A stretch of DNA of 64,000 bases from the human T2T-CHM13v2.0 reference genome, Homo sapiens (GCF_009914755.1 NC_060939.1), one strand, 5' to 3'; shown: positions 12,216 to 29,563, counted from the stretch's first letter. Numbers and translations: made by a program. The notes: generated by a model not told the origin, from the sequence alone.

Positions 12216-15200
12216 TATTATTATAACGCCATTCTCACCCCCATCCCCACCCCAACATTCCAAATCCTGAAGTCTAGTCAATCCTCCAGAACTGATTGCT
12301 CCCACCTTCAGGTCACAAGCAACCATTTACCAGAGTGCCCTGTCTCAGACCTGCCCACCTCTGGGCCAAGCGGAGCTAGCTGCTGTGAATTACAGAATGC
12401 ACTCAAAGCAGTTAAGTGTCTGTTTACACAGAAAAAAATTCTGAAATCTTATATGATTGCAATATTTTCCCACCACATCTGCTTTTATGGATATAAATCA
12501 GTGAACACACTTAGATCAGGATTTATTCGGAAGAGTAGCTTCTCTTACATGGACTTTTCTCTTTTGATAACTACGGTACTACCCAGTGTCCAGTAGGCAA
12601 AACACAAAGGTCTAAGGTACTTGCATGATTCTGAAAGTTCCTTCAGACTCTTCAGAAAGAATTATCTTATGTCTAATACATTGTCCTTTTCAGATTATAA
12701 AAGTAATATGTGCTCATTGTAGACCATGAGGAAAACAGAAAAAGTATATGAAAGTACAAATCTGTGGCAATTTCACTGTTTCTAGAGAATGCCACAGTGA
12801 ATGCTTCGGTGTATTTCTTTCTAGCCTTTTTTTCCTACATGCCAGTGTGTATGTAAGTATCCATTCATTTTAAAGCGAACAAATGAATAAGCCAGCCAGA
12901 CAGTGCAGACAGGAAAGCAGCTGTTAATTGCCCATGGAATGCTTCCTTGTCTTGTTTTCCATTCTCCCTGCCCCCAAACAACTTATTTATTAGTGACACA
13001 CCTATGCGTTGTATAACTACATCTTATCAGAGGTTGGTGAACTTCTATCCTCTGAGTGAGTTGACATAGTCATCTCTGCTTTCCATTTTCATGCCACAGA
13101 GTCAATATTTACTAGCCATGTTGCTAAAAACAGGCACTGGTCACAGACTTGGTGCCAAACCACTGTGTCTAATCTCAGCAGAAGCAGTCTCAGTGGCACC
13201 CGCAGGCTTTACTGTGCCATAAGCCATGGCTCTAGATGAGTGATTCCTGCCCCAGCTGAGTAGACAGCCCATGGCCCAGTAAGAACACTTCACATAATCA
13301 TGAAGTTGCAGGACACTAAGTGCCAGAAGGCACTTATATGCTAGAGATGGGGGAAAGGAAACTGAGGACTTGCCTAAGCACAGGCAGCTCCAGAGCCAAA
13401 GCCAGGACCCCTTTCTCTCCCACGCCAGCACACTCTTATTGCACTACCTTGTTGAATGCATCAACATGAAGAAACAGCTGAGAAGGCAGTGGGGGATAGA
13501 ACCCATTTCATCAGGACTGGAAACTGGGCACTTGCTCTGAAATGGTCAATTTCACAGGGGTCTTCCCCAAGAGTGGCATGTTCTCTTGCAGTAATGATTA
13601 AGGTGATACCATGGCATCATCAATTCTCTTGCCTCTTGCTGTCATTTATTCATTCATATCACATATTTTTATTAAGCACCAGCTATGGAAAGGTATCGCT
13701 TGCTTCACCAAAGCAGCACTACTTTGCCCATCTCCTCTGGGAAGGATTTATAGTTGACAAAAGAGACACACCCATTTGATAGCGAAAAGAAATCTAGGCT
13801 TAAAGAAAAATATTTATAGAAAGGAAATGTAGGAGAATCATGGAATGACGTCAGGGTAGCCCCTTGACAGCAGGCCTCTAAAGAAAGTCCCTGTTCCCAA
13901 AAGCACCTCAGGTACTAGAAGGAATAAATCAAAAGGGAAAGGATAGGTAACTTGGTGTGATACCAAATGCCTACAGTGTTTCTATGGAGTAATGGAAAGG
14001 GCAAAGGACCTGGAGTGCAAAGACCCACATTCAGGTCTCACTTCTGCCACCAAAATGCCTTGTGACCCAGAGACAGAAAGTGCCTTGCCCAGGTGCATTA
14101 ACGTATTGCTAGCCAAAGTGGGATATGAAGCAAGTTCTTTACTCCAAGTCCGTGGCGATGGGCCAGATGCCACAGATGAGTCTTTCTACCCCTCTTATCA
14201 TTAGCCTTAAAGAAAGCCACAACCCTGATCTAGAACATCTATGGCAACAGAATTTCCCTTCATCTTTCCCCTCAGTAGAGATCAGACCCTACCCACAAGG
14301 GGAAGCCCTGGCATCTTCTCCTGGAAGTAGGCACTTCAGTGGGGTTCAGTCTCAGTCACTTTCGGGAGGAACAGGACAGCGGCCCCCAGGCTCACGTCAG
14401 CACAGGATGATACTGCGATGTGGGACGACTCTGGCACATGAAAGGGAGCGCGAGTGAGCATTCCGTACAGTTGCTGGGATGTCAAGCAGCTCTGCACACT
14501 TGGTCTGTTCCCCTGCCCCACCCCCTCCAGACAAGAAAACAAAGAAGCTCATGTGAACAGGGCCTTGATGAAATTGTTGCTGCTGAATTTCTACCTTCTC
14601 CTGGGCTTGTAAACACAAGCTCAGCGCCCTTGGGGCCTCAAAGCTGGCTAAGCACAGCTGATGGCTTTACCAGCCCCTGTGCTCGTTGAGTGCCTACTGT
14701 GGATCCAGCCATATGCTGGAGGTGGAAGGGACACAAAGAAGGATAAAATGTGGCCCCGTCTTCAATGGGCTCACAATCTGGCTTGAAATACAGAATGAAT
14801 CCCCAGAGAACCTTCTACTTTGGAGTAATTGTGTAAGAGGCACAGATACTAAGGGCTATGGATGCTCAAAGCTGGAGGGATAGATGGGGCTGGAAGGAAG
14901 AACCCATGGGAAGGCCCCAGAGGGAGAGGAAGTATTTTCACTGGACTTGAGAGCTAAGTACAATTAGTTAAGTGGAAGACAAGAAGAGACAGGAAGGAGG
15001 AAAAGAACATCTTATAAAAAGGCTTGGACTAAGCAGCTAGAGAGGAGAAAGCTTGGAAGTATTGGGAGGTAAGTTTGGACAGCAGAGTGGGCAAAGCAAT
15101 GAGACTAAGTTGGTCACATCACTCAGTTTAATCTGCCAGCCACTTTCCTGACTCTGTATCAGACACTGGATAGGGTGGAGATGGCCTAGACGTTGGTCTG

Positions 15201-15690
15201 GAAGCACTTACCTTGCAAAGAGGAAAGTAGGGTAACAAAAAGGGAAGGGAAACATATTAGAAACACAAACCACAGGCATAGAGTACAATTTTCCTAGGGT
15301 AACCATCCAAATGCTGGTTAGTATCAACAAGGGAGCTAATCTTGGCAATGCTACAGGTAGTGGCTACTGGGTGATCTCACAGAGACAAAAGGAAATGTAC
15401 AACACTGTTATTACTAAAAGAGCACCTGCAATTATTAACATTTAAATAGTTTAGGTTATTTTCTCTGTTAACAGTCATTTTCTTCAAAGCATTAGGCAAA
15501 GGTTTCCTAGACTTTTTTCTGAGAAGAGCTTCCTAAAGAGAGCATTAGCCGGAATTAAGGCTTGAGCTAGGATACATACAAGTATTCTTCACTTCACCCA
15601 ATAGACAAGTTCCCTTGTGCATGGTGACTACTTCCGTAAAGAACTGACCACTTAAAATGTTTAAATGATCCTAAAGAGTTCACAATCCCA

Positions 15691-15965
15691 TGGGCATGGT
15701 GGCTCAAACCTGTAATCTCAGCACTTTGGGAGACTGAGGCGGGTGAACACTCGAGCCCGGAAGGTTAAGACCAGCCTAGGCAATATGGTGAGATGCCGTC
15801 TCTACAAAAAAATAACAAAAAATTAGCTGGGTGTGGTCATGTGCATCTATAGTTCCAGCTACTCAGGAGGCTGAAGGGGGAAGATCTCTTGCGCCCAGGA
15901 GGCAGAGGTTGCAGTGAGCCAAGATCACATCACTGCACTCCAGCCTGGGTGACAGAGTGAGACCA
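15691..15965 (+). mobile_element. AluJ-like, tail missing
   Basis: Two arms; ends at gacagagtgagacc. Confidence 0.9.
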
Positions 15966-18299
15966 AGTGAAGAATACTTGTGTGTGTGTATTCTAGCTCA
16001 AGCCCTAAAAGAGCGCACAGTCCCTCAAAGGGGGTTAGACAGATGATATCTTGGGGCCCTTCCAGTCTAAATTCTAAGATAGCATGATGAGAAATGACTC
16101 TTTCCAAACTCCCTTAGGGTATCTCTGCCAGAAATTTTCTGGCAAAAGTGCTAGGAGACTCACTGTAGGTACCAGTATACAATCCTCACCATCTCTTTAC
16201 CTTCTCTTTTAGTTGCTGCCATCTTAACTTACTCATCCTTCATTCAGCAAGGGTTTACAGAGTCTCTTCTCTTTGTCAAGGGGCGATGTGGAGGAGGGTG
16301 GAAGCTGACTCTAAGGCAAAGAGTGACAGCAGGGATATCCACAACATGCTGTGGGAACACAGAACAGGCTCGCCCAACCCTGCCTGCAGTAGTCAGGGCA
16401 GGCTTCTGGGAGGAAGCAGAACTTGAGTAGGGCTCAATGCATGAGTGAGACCTAGATGAGCATAGGACTCTAAGGAAAAGGTGGCCACTGAAAGGATACA
16501 CCTATTAGTGGGAAGTAAACCTAGAAGCCATAAAGGAATTGGCTTGTGGAGTCACTGTTGGGTGTGGTACACACACACGGTGGGGGAAGGGCAGATCCCA
16601 GCAGGAGTCTAACATGAGCAAAGGCAAAGAGAGAGAATTAACAGAGCTGGGACAGAGGATAATAAACCAACTCACTCAATCAAGGGAGGAAAGGAATAAA
16701 CTAACAGCTCTGAGAGCCTCTGATGTGTCTCAAGTACCATTTTGAAGAACTGATGGTGGATCCAGTTGCACATTCTGCTCAAACTGGGGCATATAAAAAA
16801 TACCGATGCCAGGGCCTCACTGCAACTCCTCCCTGTGAACTCTTCAAATCAACTGATGACCACTGGGCCTTTAAGGAAATGATGTTGCTATCTACGGCCA
16901 TTTGCTGGACACTTCCCACGTGCCACGCTATGTCCCTTACATCTGTGGCAGGAATGGAAAAGGTGCTATTTTAAAAAGCTGCTCAAAGCCGTTACCATCT
17001 GCTACAGGAGGCGGAAGACTGCATCGTGCGGGGGTCAGAGATGGCTTTTTGTTTAAGAAAAACTTTAAAGGACCTTTGGTTCTGCAAAAGAGAGGCCTGG
17101 GGTCCAATCAGGGAGGTGCTGCAACAAGGAGTTTAACTGCCTATCTGAAAGAAAAGGGGAGTCTACCTTGCGCGGTTAAGTAAAAAGAATGGTAGCAGAT
17201 TTGGGGCCTAGGCTGGGGTCCTGGAAGACCCTGGTATCATGGCAGAGGTCAGAAGTCAAAGAAGCAGAGGTTTTGTTACCCAACTTTAAGCCATTTCCTT
17301 CTCTGTGCAGCAATTCCTCTCATCAACCCCAAGCCTTAGGTGAAAATCAATTCATGCTTCAACCAGTCTCAGTGGCAAGGGAGGGACTCAGAAATGGGCC
17401 AGGGTCCTTGCCTGAGACTTCAAGATCACAGAGGAGGTGCAGCCTTGTCTCGAAGGAGGAAAGTGATCCTCGAGTTGCAAGGGCCTAGGGCATGGAGGAA
17501 GATGTGAGCATGCCCTGGGGAGGCTCAGAAAGCCTGGGTTGGGGAACAGGACTTCCTGTTGCCTGGAATGGAATGCTTATTCTTATTCGGACATTAAAGG
17601 ACAGAGACCCCAGAAAGCTGGAAAAGTGGAGACTCAGATTCCACATGTGGTATTTCAACAACCCCATGAGATAGCAACCATCTTACGATGAAGAAACAGA
17701 GCCTATGAGTGCAAAGCATCAAGGAGCTCACAGTGGCAGAGCCAGGATCAGACTTGGACCTGGTGATTCCAGTGCCCAGAACAGTCACTGCCAGGCTGTC
17801 CCGCCCTGAGCCTATCCTTCTGCCTGGGTCTCTCCACTGCCCTTCTCCCCTCTGCCCAGTCCATCTTGTCTCTTAGCCTGCAAAACATAGACAGGGAGGA
17901 ATGCTTCACCAACTAGAGCCACACCACAGCCCTGAGCAGTCAAGTTCAACTAGTGGGCCCTGCCCCCAGGGTGCTAAATAAACCTCACCCCAATGAGGGA
18001 AGGATATTTCATCACCCTTCAAGCCCTGTGGCCAGGCCACCAGGGGCCAGTGTTTCAGGATTCAAGATCAGGGTCCTAAGGCCTCAGGGTTAGAAGCTGC
18101 CAGCAAGGAGGTGGAGGTGAGCAGGGAGGCAGTGCCAGCCCTGGAAATGGATTAGACACAGGACAACTGGACTCTCAGCAGGCTCCCCAGTAAACCACCA
18201 AGAGACCCAGACACTATTAACAACCACCTTCCCTGTTCTCTGGAGGGGATCCCAGGGTCACAGACAGAAAGAAAATTCTAGGCAACTTGGTACTTCAAA

Positions 18300-18510
18300 G
18301 AGAGCACTGGACCAGGATTCAGAAGTCATAGGTTTAAATCCCAGCTCAGACACTTACCAAGGTAAGTTAGTTCAATCTCTAAGATTCAGCTTCCTCATCT
18401 GTAAAAAGGGAAAAATACCTATAATCTCATAGGACTGCAAGAGGATGAAGCCAGGTAACAGACCTCAGAGCTTAGTGCAGGGCCAGGTATCGAGGAGACA
18501 CTCGATCCCC
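18300..18510 (+). mobile_element. MIR
   Basis: ggtttaaatcccagctcagacacttac...cagcttcctcatctgtaaaaaggg. Confidence 0.75.
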
Positions 18511-18761
18511 AACATCCAGAGCGCCCTTCCCTTCTTCCTACCCCAGCCACACTCCAAAGAGGGCAGGATTGACTTAGGTGGACAGTGCTTCTGGGCTTCC
18601 CAGGGCTCTGAGTCCCTGGAAGGATGTCAGGGCAAGGGGCAGCTGGCCTCTGCTCACCGCTGCATCCTCCTTTCCCAACACTGCACCTTCACTTTCATCT
18701 TCACCCCAATTCCATCATAAATTACTTTTACAGTTTTGCTGTAAACCCTACTGGAGTAGAT

Positions 18762-19168
18762 CAGGAGTAGCCCACCTTTTCTACAAAGGACCAGATGGTA
18801 AATATTTGAGGTATTGCAAGCCAAGAAGCAAAATGTAGGATATTATGTAGGCACCTATATAACAAAGGAGAAAATCGAATTTCCACAAGTTTTAAAGTTT
18901 TTAAATAATTAATTAATGAAATTCAAAATATAATAATAATTGAGTTTTATTTTGTTTTTATAATATAGCTGTTCCAATGAAAAGAATGGAAATATGGATA
19001 TTGCGGGGGATGGATAACATTTTGCTTAATTGGGGTCTAAAGTTAGCGTTCTCTATCATCAATTTGATTGGAAACATTCCTCTGTAAAAGCCAATCTTAG
19101 CTCCAGGGCCACTCATACACAGGGCGCAGGCCAGATTTTGGCTGTAGGGCTATAGTTTTCTGTGCCCC
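18762..19168. mobile_element. MER58-family hAT-Charlie element (MER58C/D-like)
   Basis: ttttctacaaaggaccagatggtaaatattt...gcaggccagattttggctgtagggctatagttt. Confidence 0.75.
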
Positions 19169-19386
19169 ACACTCAACAATGTAGGAGCCCTCGCAGGTGA
19201 AAGTTCCTGGTTCTAGACCCTGTGGACGGCTGACTGGGGGTGAGGGGCAATCTTGAGAAGAGAGGCTGGCGGCTGAGCCATCCCCTCTGTGGAAGGCCCT
19301 GGAAGCTGCCGGGGTCTCACATGACCTCCCACCTGCCCTACCAGAGCCCTGGGGTGCTTTGCTACAGCTGAGGTGATAGGGTAACT

Positions 19387-19696
19387 CTTTTTTTTTAATT
19401 AATTAATTTTTTTTAAGGCAGTCTCTCATTCTGTTGCCCAGGCTGGAGTGCAGTGGCATGAACTCTGTTCACTACAACATCTGCCTTCCGGGCTCAAGCA
19501 ATCCTCCCACCTCAGCCCCCCAGGTAGCTAGGACTACAGGCGCATGCCACCACACCAGGCTAATTTTTGTATTTTTTGTAGAGTCAGGGTTTCGCCATGT
19601 TGGCTAGGCTGGTCTCAAACTCCTGGGCTCAAGCTATCTACCCACCTCCACCTCCCAAAGTGCTGGGATTACAGGAGTGAGCCACAGCACCCAGCC
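19387..19696 (-). mobile_element. AluJ, full length with TSD
   Basis: Flanked by tgatagggta(a/c)ctc on both sides. Confidence 0.95.
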
Positions 19697-20120
19697 TGAT
19701 AGGGTACCTCTTAAGCCTCACTTTGGTTTCCCCAGCAAGGTGGAGGACAGAAGCTCTCCCTTTTGCCCTCTCAAAAGCACTCCCCATCCCAAGTACCTGC
19801 TTCGCCAAATGGTACGCTCTCAGAAAACTTCCTGAGAAAATCCTGTGAGCCAGCTTCTAAAAGCAGAGACAAAGGAGCAGACCCCTTGGCAGGAGTTCCA
19901 GGTCCCTTAAGGACATGTATACTCTATTTCTCAGAGAAGGAAAGTGAAACCATCAGTCTATAGGGAAGAGCTCTGCATTTAGTCCCAACTGGCCTGGGTC
20001 GGGTAGAGTCTCTGAGCCTCCTTTTCATCACTTACAAAATGGGAACTATTATGTTGGCCTTACCTACCTTGTGTTGCTATTGGAACTTCAAAATATCCAT
20101 GAAAATATAATGATGACTTA

Positions 20121-20738
<618 letters not shown>

Positions 20739-21179
20739 ATGAAATGCAAACACCACGAAGAAAAGTAAAGTGCAGGAGAGAATAAGGTTTGAAATTAAGG
20801 GGAAAGTACAGAAAACTTGAACTACTTTAAATTTCCCCACAGTGAAAATGTTAATGTATCTTTACAAAATTCATAAACTAACAAAAATACACAAAAACAA
20901 TAAAAGAGTATTGGCAAAGCCACAAGGAAATAAGTACATGCTGATGACACTGTAAAGTGATTCACTATTTCCAGTTTAAACCATTAAGCAAATCAGTCAT
21001 AACCTTTGACCTGGTATGCAACCTCTGGGAATACACCCAACCAAAATAATGCAGAGAGGAAATTAAACAAATATGTTCACCGAAACACCAATATTTTTAG
21101 CAGTGAGAAACAACAGGGGAAAGTTACCTGAATTGGGCATGCCTGGATAGAATATTATGAAGTTAGCAGAAGTACATAA

Positions 21180-22130
<951 letters not shown>

Positions 22131-23172
22131 AAGTATATGAACTCTGGATATGTGGAAAGGTACATATTTAAAAACAACATGGAGTCAAAAAACAACAATC
22201 CAACACAAAATGTACACACTGGCAATAAATAAGTAGAAAAGCAAGGATATCCAGAAGATACAGGCCCATGGTGGTTTCCATTTCCCCCACATAAGTACTG
22301 CCCCCCGCCCCCAGCTCTTACAGTTTCCATAATGCAGACAGAGCTCAATGAGACCTACCCTTAGGGCAAGCGATTTGCACTGTGTGCTGAGCTTCTAACT
22401 CAAGCGTGTGCAATGCGGCCACTTTGTCTGAGTGGCTTTGTGCTTTGTTTTCCTAACAATGGGTGATGAAAGTGCCTCCCTCTCTCATCCACAGCCTCTG
22501 CCACCCAGGGCCCCTTGTAGTCATCAGTCCTCCTGGCAGCCCCATCCCTTCACCCTCTCCACATGCCCTCTTGCCCAAGCCTGGGCCTCTGCTCCTTGGT
22601 CGTGGCAGAGCCCTCACCCTTGAGGTAGTTACCGGCCTATCTCCTGGATTAGACCCTGCCGCACCCAGGGTGATAGCTTCCTCCTCCGATCTCCTGGAAT
22701 GTGTTTTTGGGTCCCACTATTAGCACATAGTCTAGGTACATCTCATTTCATTTGCTAAGGAGGAGAGTACTCCTGTGCCCCATCTGAGCCTTAGCTCTTC
22801 TGGGGCAAGGTCTAAGCCCTAAGTCTCCTCCCCAACACACAGTGGGTGCCCAAGAATATTTATTGTTAACTGTGATAGTGACCTACATACAGTACAGACA
22901 TGCACATACTCATAAGCTCCTTCACACACACACATCCACACACACCCACTTACCTTTTAGAAACCACCAGCTTGTCTAGGGTGCTGCTGTGGTGGAGGAG
23001 GCTTTCTTGCTTTTAACCAAGTTCATTTTGCTCTCAGTCTACAGCCTGAGTTACAAGAGACCACTGTACTATACCGTTTTGCATCCGGCCAGCTCACAGT
23101 TCCCTACCCCCCTCAGGAGGACTGGTGTAGGGAGCCCCTCTCTGACACCCCTCTCTCTAAAGTCTGCTGTAT

Positions 23173-23559
<387 letters not shown>

Positions 23560-23893
23560 TCACCTGCCTCTCCTGTTTGTGGCCACTCTCCAACCCTGAA
23601 CTGGGCCATAGTCCTGTGGCTACAAGTCTCATGGGTTTAAGAACCTCATCAAGGCTGCAGGATGGAATCCCACCAAGGGAATTTGGTGGCCTGGTATGGT
23701 CCTCACTGCTGCCCTATGCAGAGAATGGATATATCTGCCCTGTCTCCCTTCCTCCCCTTCCAGCCCCTTTTACTGACAAACTCTTTGATCCCCTACCCCT
23801 ACTCGCCCTCAACCACCCTGAGCCCTGGGCCTTTACTAGAATAGATGACCTCTGAAGAATCTCCTGGATTGATTTTTATTAAATTATAGAATT

Positions 23894-24137
23894 AGGCTGA
23901 GGCGAAAAGAGCGCTTGAGGCCAGGAGGTCAAGATCAGCCTGGGCAATACAGTAAGACACCCGTCTCTACAAAAAATTTTAAAATTATCAAAGTCTAGGG
24001 CACATGCCTATAGCCCTAGCTACTCAGGAAGCTGAGGCGGGAGGATGCTGGAGCCGGGGAGCTTGAAGCTGCAGTGAGCTGTGGTTGTGCCATTGCATTC
24101 CAGCCTGGGCAACAGAGCAAGACCCTGTCTCAAAATA

Positions 24138-24182
<45 letters not shown>
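23894..24182 (+). mobile_element. 5'-truncated AluJ with (CA)n tail (~24137-24182)
   Basis: Alu arms followed by a CA run. Confidence 0.9.
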
Positions 24183-24186
<4 letters not shown>

Positions 24187-24189
24187 TTT

Positions 24190-24700
<511 letters not shown>

Positions 24701-25810
24701 AACAGTAGATTCTTAACATATGTCAATCGTTTTCACTTTCCCAGCAGCAAGAAATACAAGCAAGCATGTGTATGATCAGAGAGGCACAAAAATCCCAGGC
24801 CAGGGTAGTGAAGAGGGCTTTGCCCAGAGGAAGTTTCTGGCTTTTATTTCCGACATTCTTTGAGATTTTCTGTGTCACACAGAGTAGAATTTCCCACTTG
24901 GCATCTCCTTGATAAGGTAGGTTTGTATTTCTTGAACCAGTTACCTAAAATTTTCGAGACTGAGTTTTTTCATCTATAAAATGGGAACAACTACTTCACA
25001 GGGTGTTATGAGAATTAAACGCAATAATGTATGTCCGGTAAATGGAAGTAATTTTTGTGTTTTGTTTCCCACTTTGTGTTTGGGGAATCCTGGACATTCA
25101 TGAATTCCAGGGCTTATGGGGGCTGTGAGCTTGCTTGGCTGAGGTATTCTGCCTTAGGTTTAAATTTAACTCAAGGCAGATCCCAGATGCTCTGCAGTTA
25201 ACTTATGAGTATCTGTAGGTGTTAAGCACTTATCAAGTATAAAAGGCCTGGGCTGGACACCACAGTAGAGGAGACGGACAGATAAAAGCTGATGTACACA
25301 GGAGCCCAGCCTGGAAACCTTCAGTCCAGCAGGGAGGACGACCGGGAAAACCCTATGTGTAACATGAGGTATGATCAGAGACGTGGTCCAGAATAAGAGG
25401 GAATTAAATCTGACAGAAGGGAGTGGGGTGGATGGGGCAGGGCATGGCAGGTTTTGTCAGAGTCACCGTGTTTGATCTGGACCTTGAAGAAAAAGCATAA
25501 TTTTTCCAAGAGTGAGGAAACAGCAAGAGCAAAGATAAGTCATATACGTTTTGTGGGCCTCTGGCCTCTGTCTCAGTGCTGCAGTGATATTCCAAATAGG
25601 AGAACAGCTCTGAACCTGCTTTCAAAGAGTTGATAAACAAGTGCCAGATAAGCCTCATCTCATACGGCCATTAGTGCTGCTCGCCCCAGCCTCTCCAACC
25701 TGCCCCTGCTTAGCACTTGGGGGAATGTGAACTACATGCAAGTACGTGTGCCACAGTAGTTGCAAAGAGCAGGAAGTCTGTGGGTATGAAAAATACCCCT
25801 GCAAAGATTA

Positions 25811-26620
<810 letters not shown>

Positions 26621-26822
26621 TTAAATTTATTAATTTAAAAAACCATTGATCCAAAATAAGTCTCACAGATCTACCTGCACTGCTATAAAAAGATACTCAA
26701 CAGATTTCGTTAAGTGAGAAAAGCAAGTTGTTGACTGTTATGGTCGTGTGGTCCCCTCTGTCCACACACACACTTGCTTAACTTAAAAAGGTTCTGAATG
26801 GTGACAGAAGAAAATGACCATC

Positions 26823-27123
26823 GCTGGGCACAGTGGCTCACGCCTGTAATCCCAACACTTTGGGAGGCCGAGGCGGGTGGATCACGAGGTCAGGAGATGG
26901 AGACCATCCTGGCTAACACGGTGAAACCCCGTCTCTACTAAAAATATAAAAAATTAGGTGGGTGTGGTGGCGGGCGCTTATAGTCCCAGCTACTCTGGAG
27001 GCTGAGGCAGAAGAATGGTGTGAACCGTGAACCCGGGAGGCAGAGCTTGCAGTGAGCCGAGATGGCGCCACTGCACTCCAGCCTGGGCGACAGAGTGAGA
27101 CTCTGTCTCAAAAAAAAAAAAAA
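26823..27123 (+). mobile_element. AluY with 14-bp TSD
   Basis: Diagnostic accatcctggctaacacggtg and gagcttgcagtg; TSD agaaaatgaccatc; small internal tgaacc duplication. Confidence 0.95.
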
Positions 27124-28040
27124 GGAGAGAAAATGACCATCAAAGTCTACCTGTGGGGTGTGAGACTCAGCGAGAGGGCAGAGGGAGTTCTACTTTTTAC
27201 TTTATACTCTTCATAACTTTATGACATTCACCTCGAATAACTTCTATAATAAACAAACATCTTTTTAATTTAAAAGGATCATAAAAGCCCCCTTGCTTCA
27301 GGGTTAGTCTTAGGAGCTCTTTTGCCAAGGGCTGAGATGAGTAAATCGAACACCGATGTTTGTTGTTTTCTATAGTGCCCAGTGTGGCTAGACTGGGCTA
27401 TTGAACCCAGCCTGGGTAAATTTAAACTTCACACATTTCCTAGAGGATGTTGTTTCTTTCCCCAAAGAAGGTGTCCTGGCTAAGCTGAATGTGCGGTGGC
27501 TGATCCTAACCACAGATGATCCCATTGGGAGACTCCAGTCTGTCTACCCCCTGCCCCCATCAACATGGCTGCCCCAGGGAATCTTTGTCCACATTCAGGC
27601 AGGCTGAGGGTTTAGTGCAGAGGCTCCTTCCCCCGGCGAAGTCTCTCATCCCCAGGCAAGGAGACTGCAGGTTGGGTGTCTGGCAGGGTGTCTTGCATAC
27701 ATGAGCCTCCTCTAAGTGGTAGCAATTATATGGTTGCTGTCTTCTTCAGGGCAGAGGTGATATGTGGAGTAATGGTAAGGTAAGATCCTTAAGAGAAGTG
27801 GGGGCTATGGATAAAGGTTGGATGTAGATTTAAATAAGTTCTTATCTGTTTGTTCGTTTGTTTAAACCAGGACGGTAGTCGGTAGTCGAGAAGTTTCTGC
27901 CTTTGAGTTCCACTTCCTCCAATGCTTGTTTATGACCTTAAACAAATCACCTCCCCTCTCTGGGCCTCACTTTCCTCATCTATAAAATGGTAGATTTGGA
28001 TTAAATTTTTGTTGAAATCCAGCTCAACAGAAACATCTTA

Positions 28041-28377
<337 letters not shown>

Positions 28378-29225
28378 CTAAGTAAAGGAAAGTAATCAAA
28401 GGATAGGAAACAAGGAATCATTCTTCATTATATGCTGCTTACGTTAAATTACTTTATAACATTGTGCATGCAGTAGTTGTCTATGCGGAAGTTCACAAAA
28501 CCATCACTGGGCCTACCTACTAGCACCCTCCTCCTGGGAAACATCACTCCTTCCCAAAGGCTCATCCTTCTAACTTTGACCATGCTACACTACCCTCGAG
28601 TACAAACAGAAAAGACTTCCTTCCCTTATATTCTTTCCCACTCCTCAGAAGCATTCCGATTAAAGGAAGTAATGACTTTGTGTTTTGTGGGTCCTTATGA
28701 TGCGGTAGCCAGAGTCCTGGGCTAGGAGTCAGACCACCAGACCCCACCCTGGTTCTATCACCAGTTCACCTCTTCTCCTCTCTGGCCTTAGCCTCATCTA
28801 CAAAATGAGGAGTTGGATGAGTTTCTCTTTATGAGCCCTGCTCTGATATTTCCCTGCTCTGCTCTACTGATTGCTACCAAGGCTGGGAGATGCCAAACAT
28901 TTCTGCAAGCCAATATTTCTCCAAACACTCCTAGAAACAGCAGACAACCTCCAGCATCCCAAACAGGCTGGTGCCAAAAGTGTGAGCACAGCCAACTGCC
29001 TGCACTCAGCGCTGGAAGCTAGAAATCAGGCAAAATATGCAGGGCCAGGGAGGGTCCCAGCAGAGTGCAGGATGCTCCGGCCAGGGTATCCTGCTTCCAT
29101 CCAAAGCTTTTCCTACAGAGATGCTCTTACTCATAGGATAAGGATAGACAAAGCCTCTAAAGGAATCAGAAACATGTGGACCAGGCCAGGGCAAGAAGTA
29201 GAGTTAAAGGTTATTTATTTTTTGT

Positions 29226-29563
<338 letters not shown>

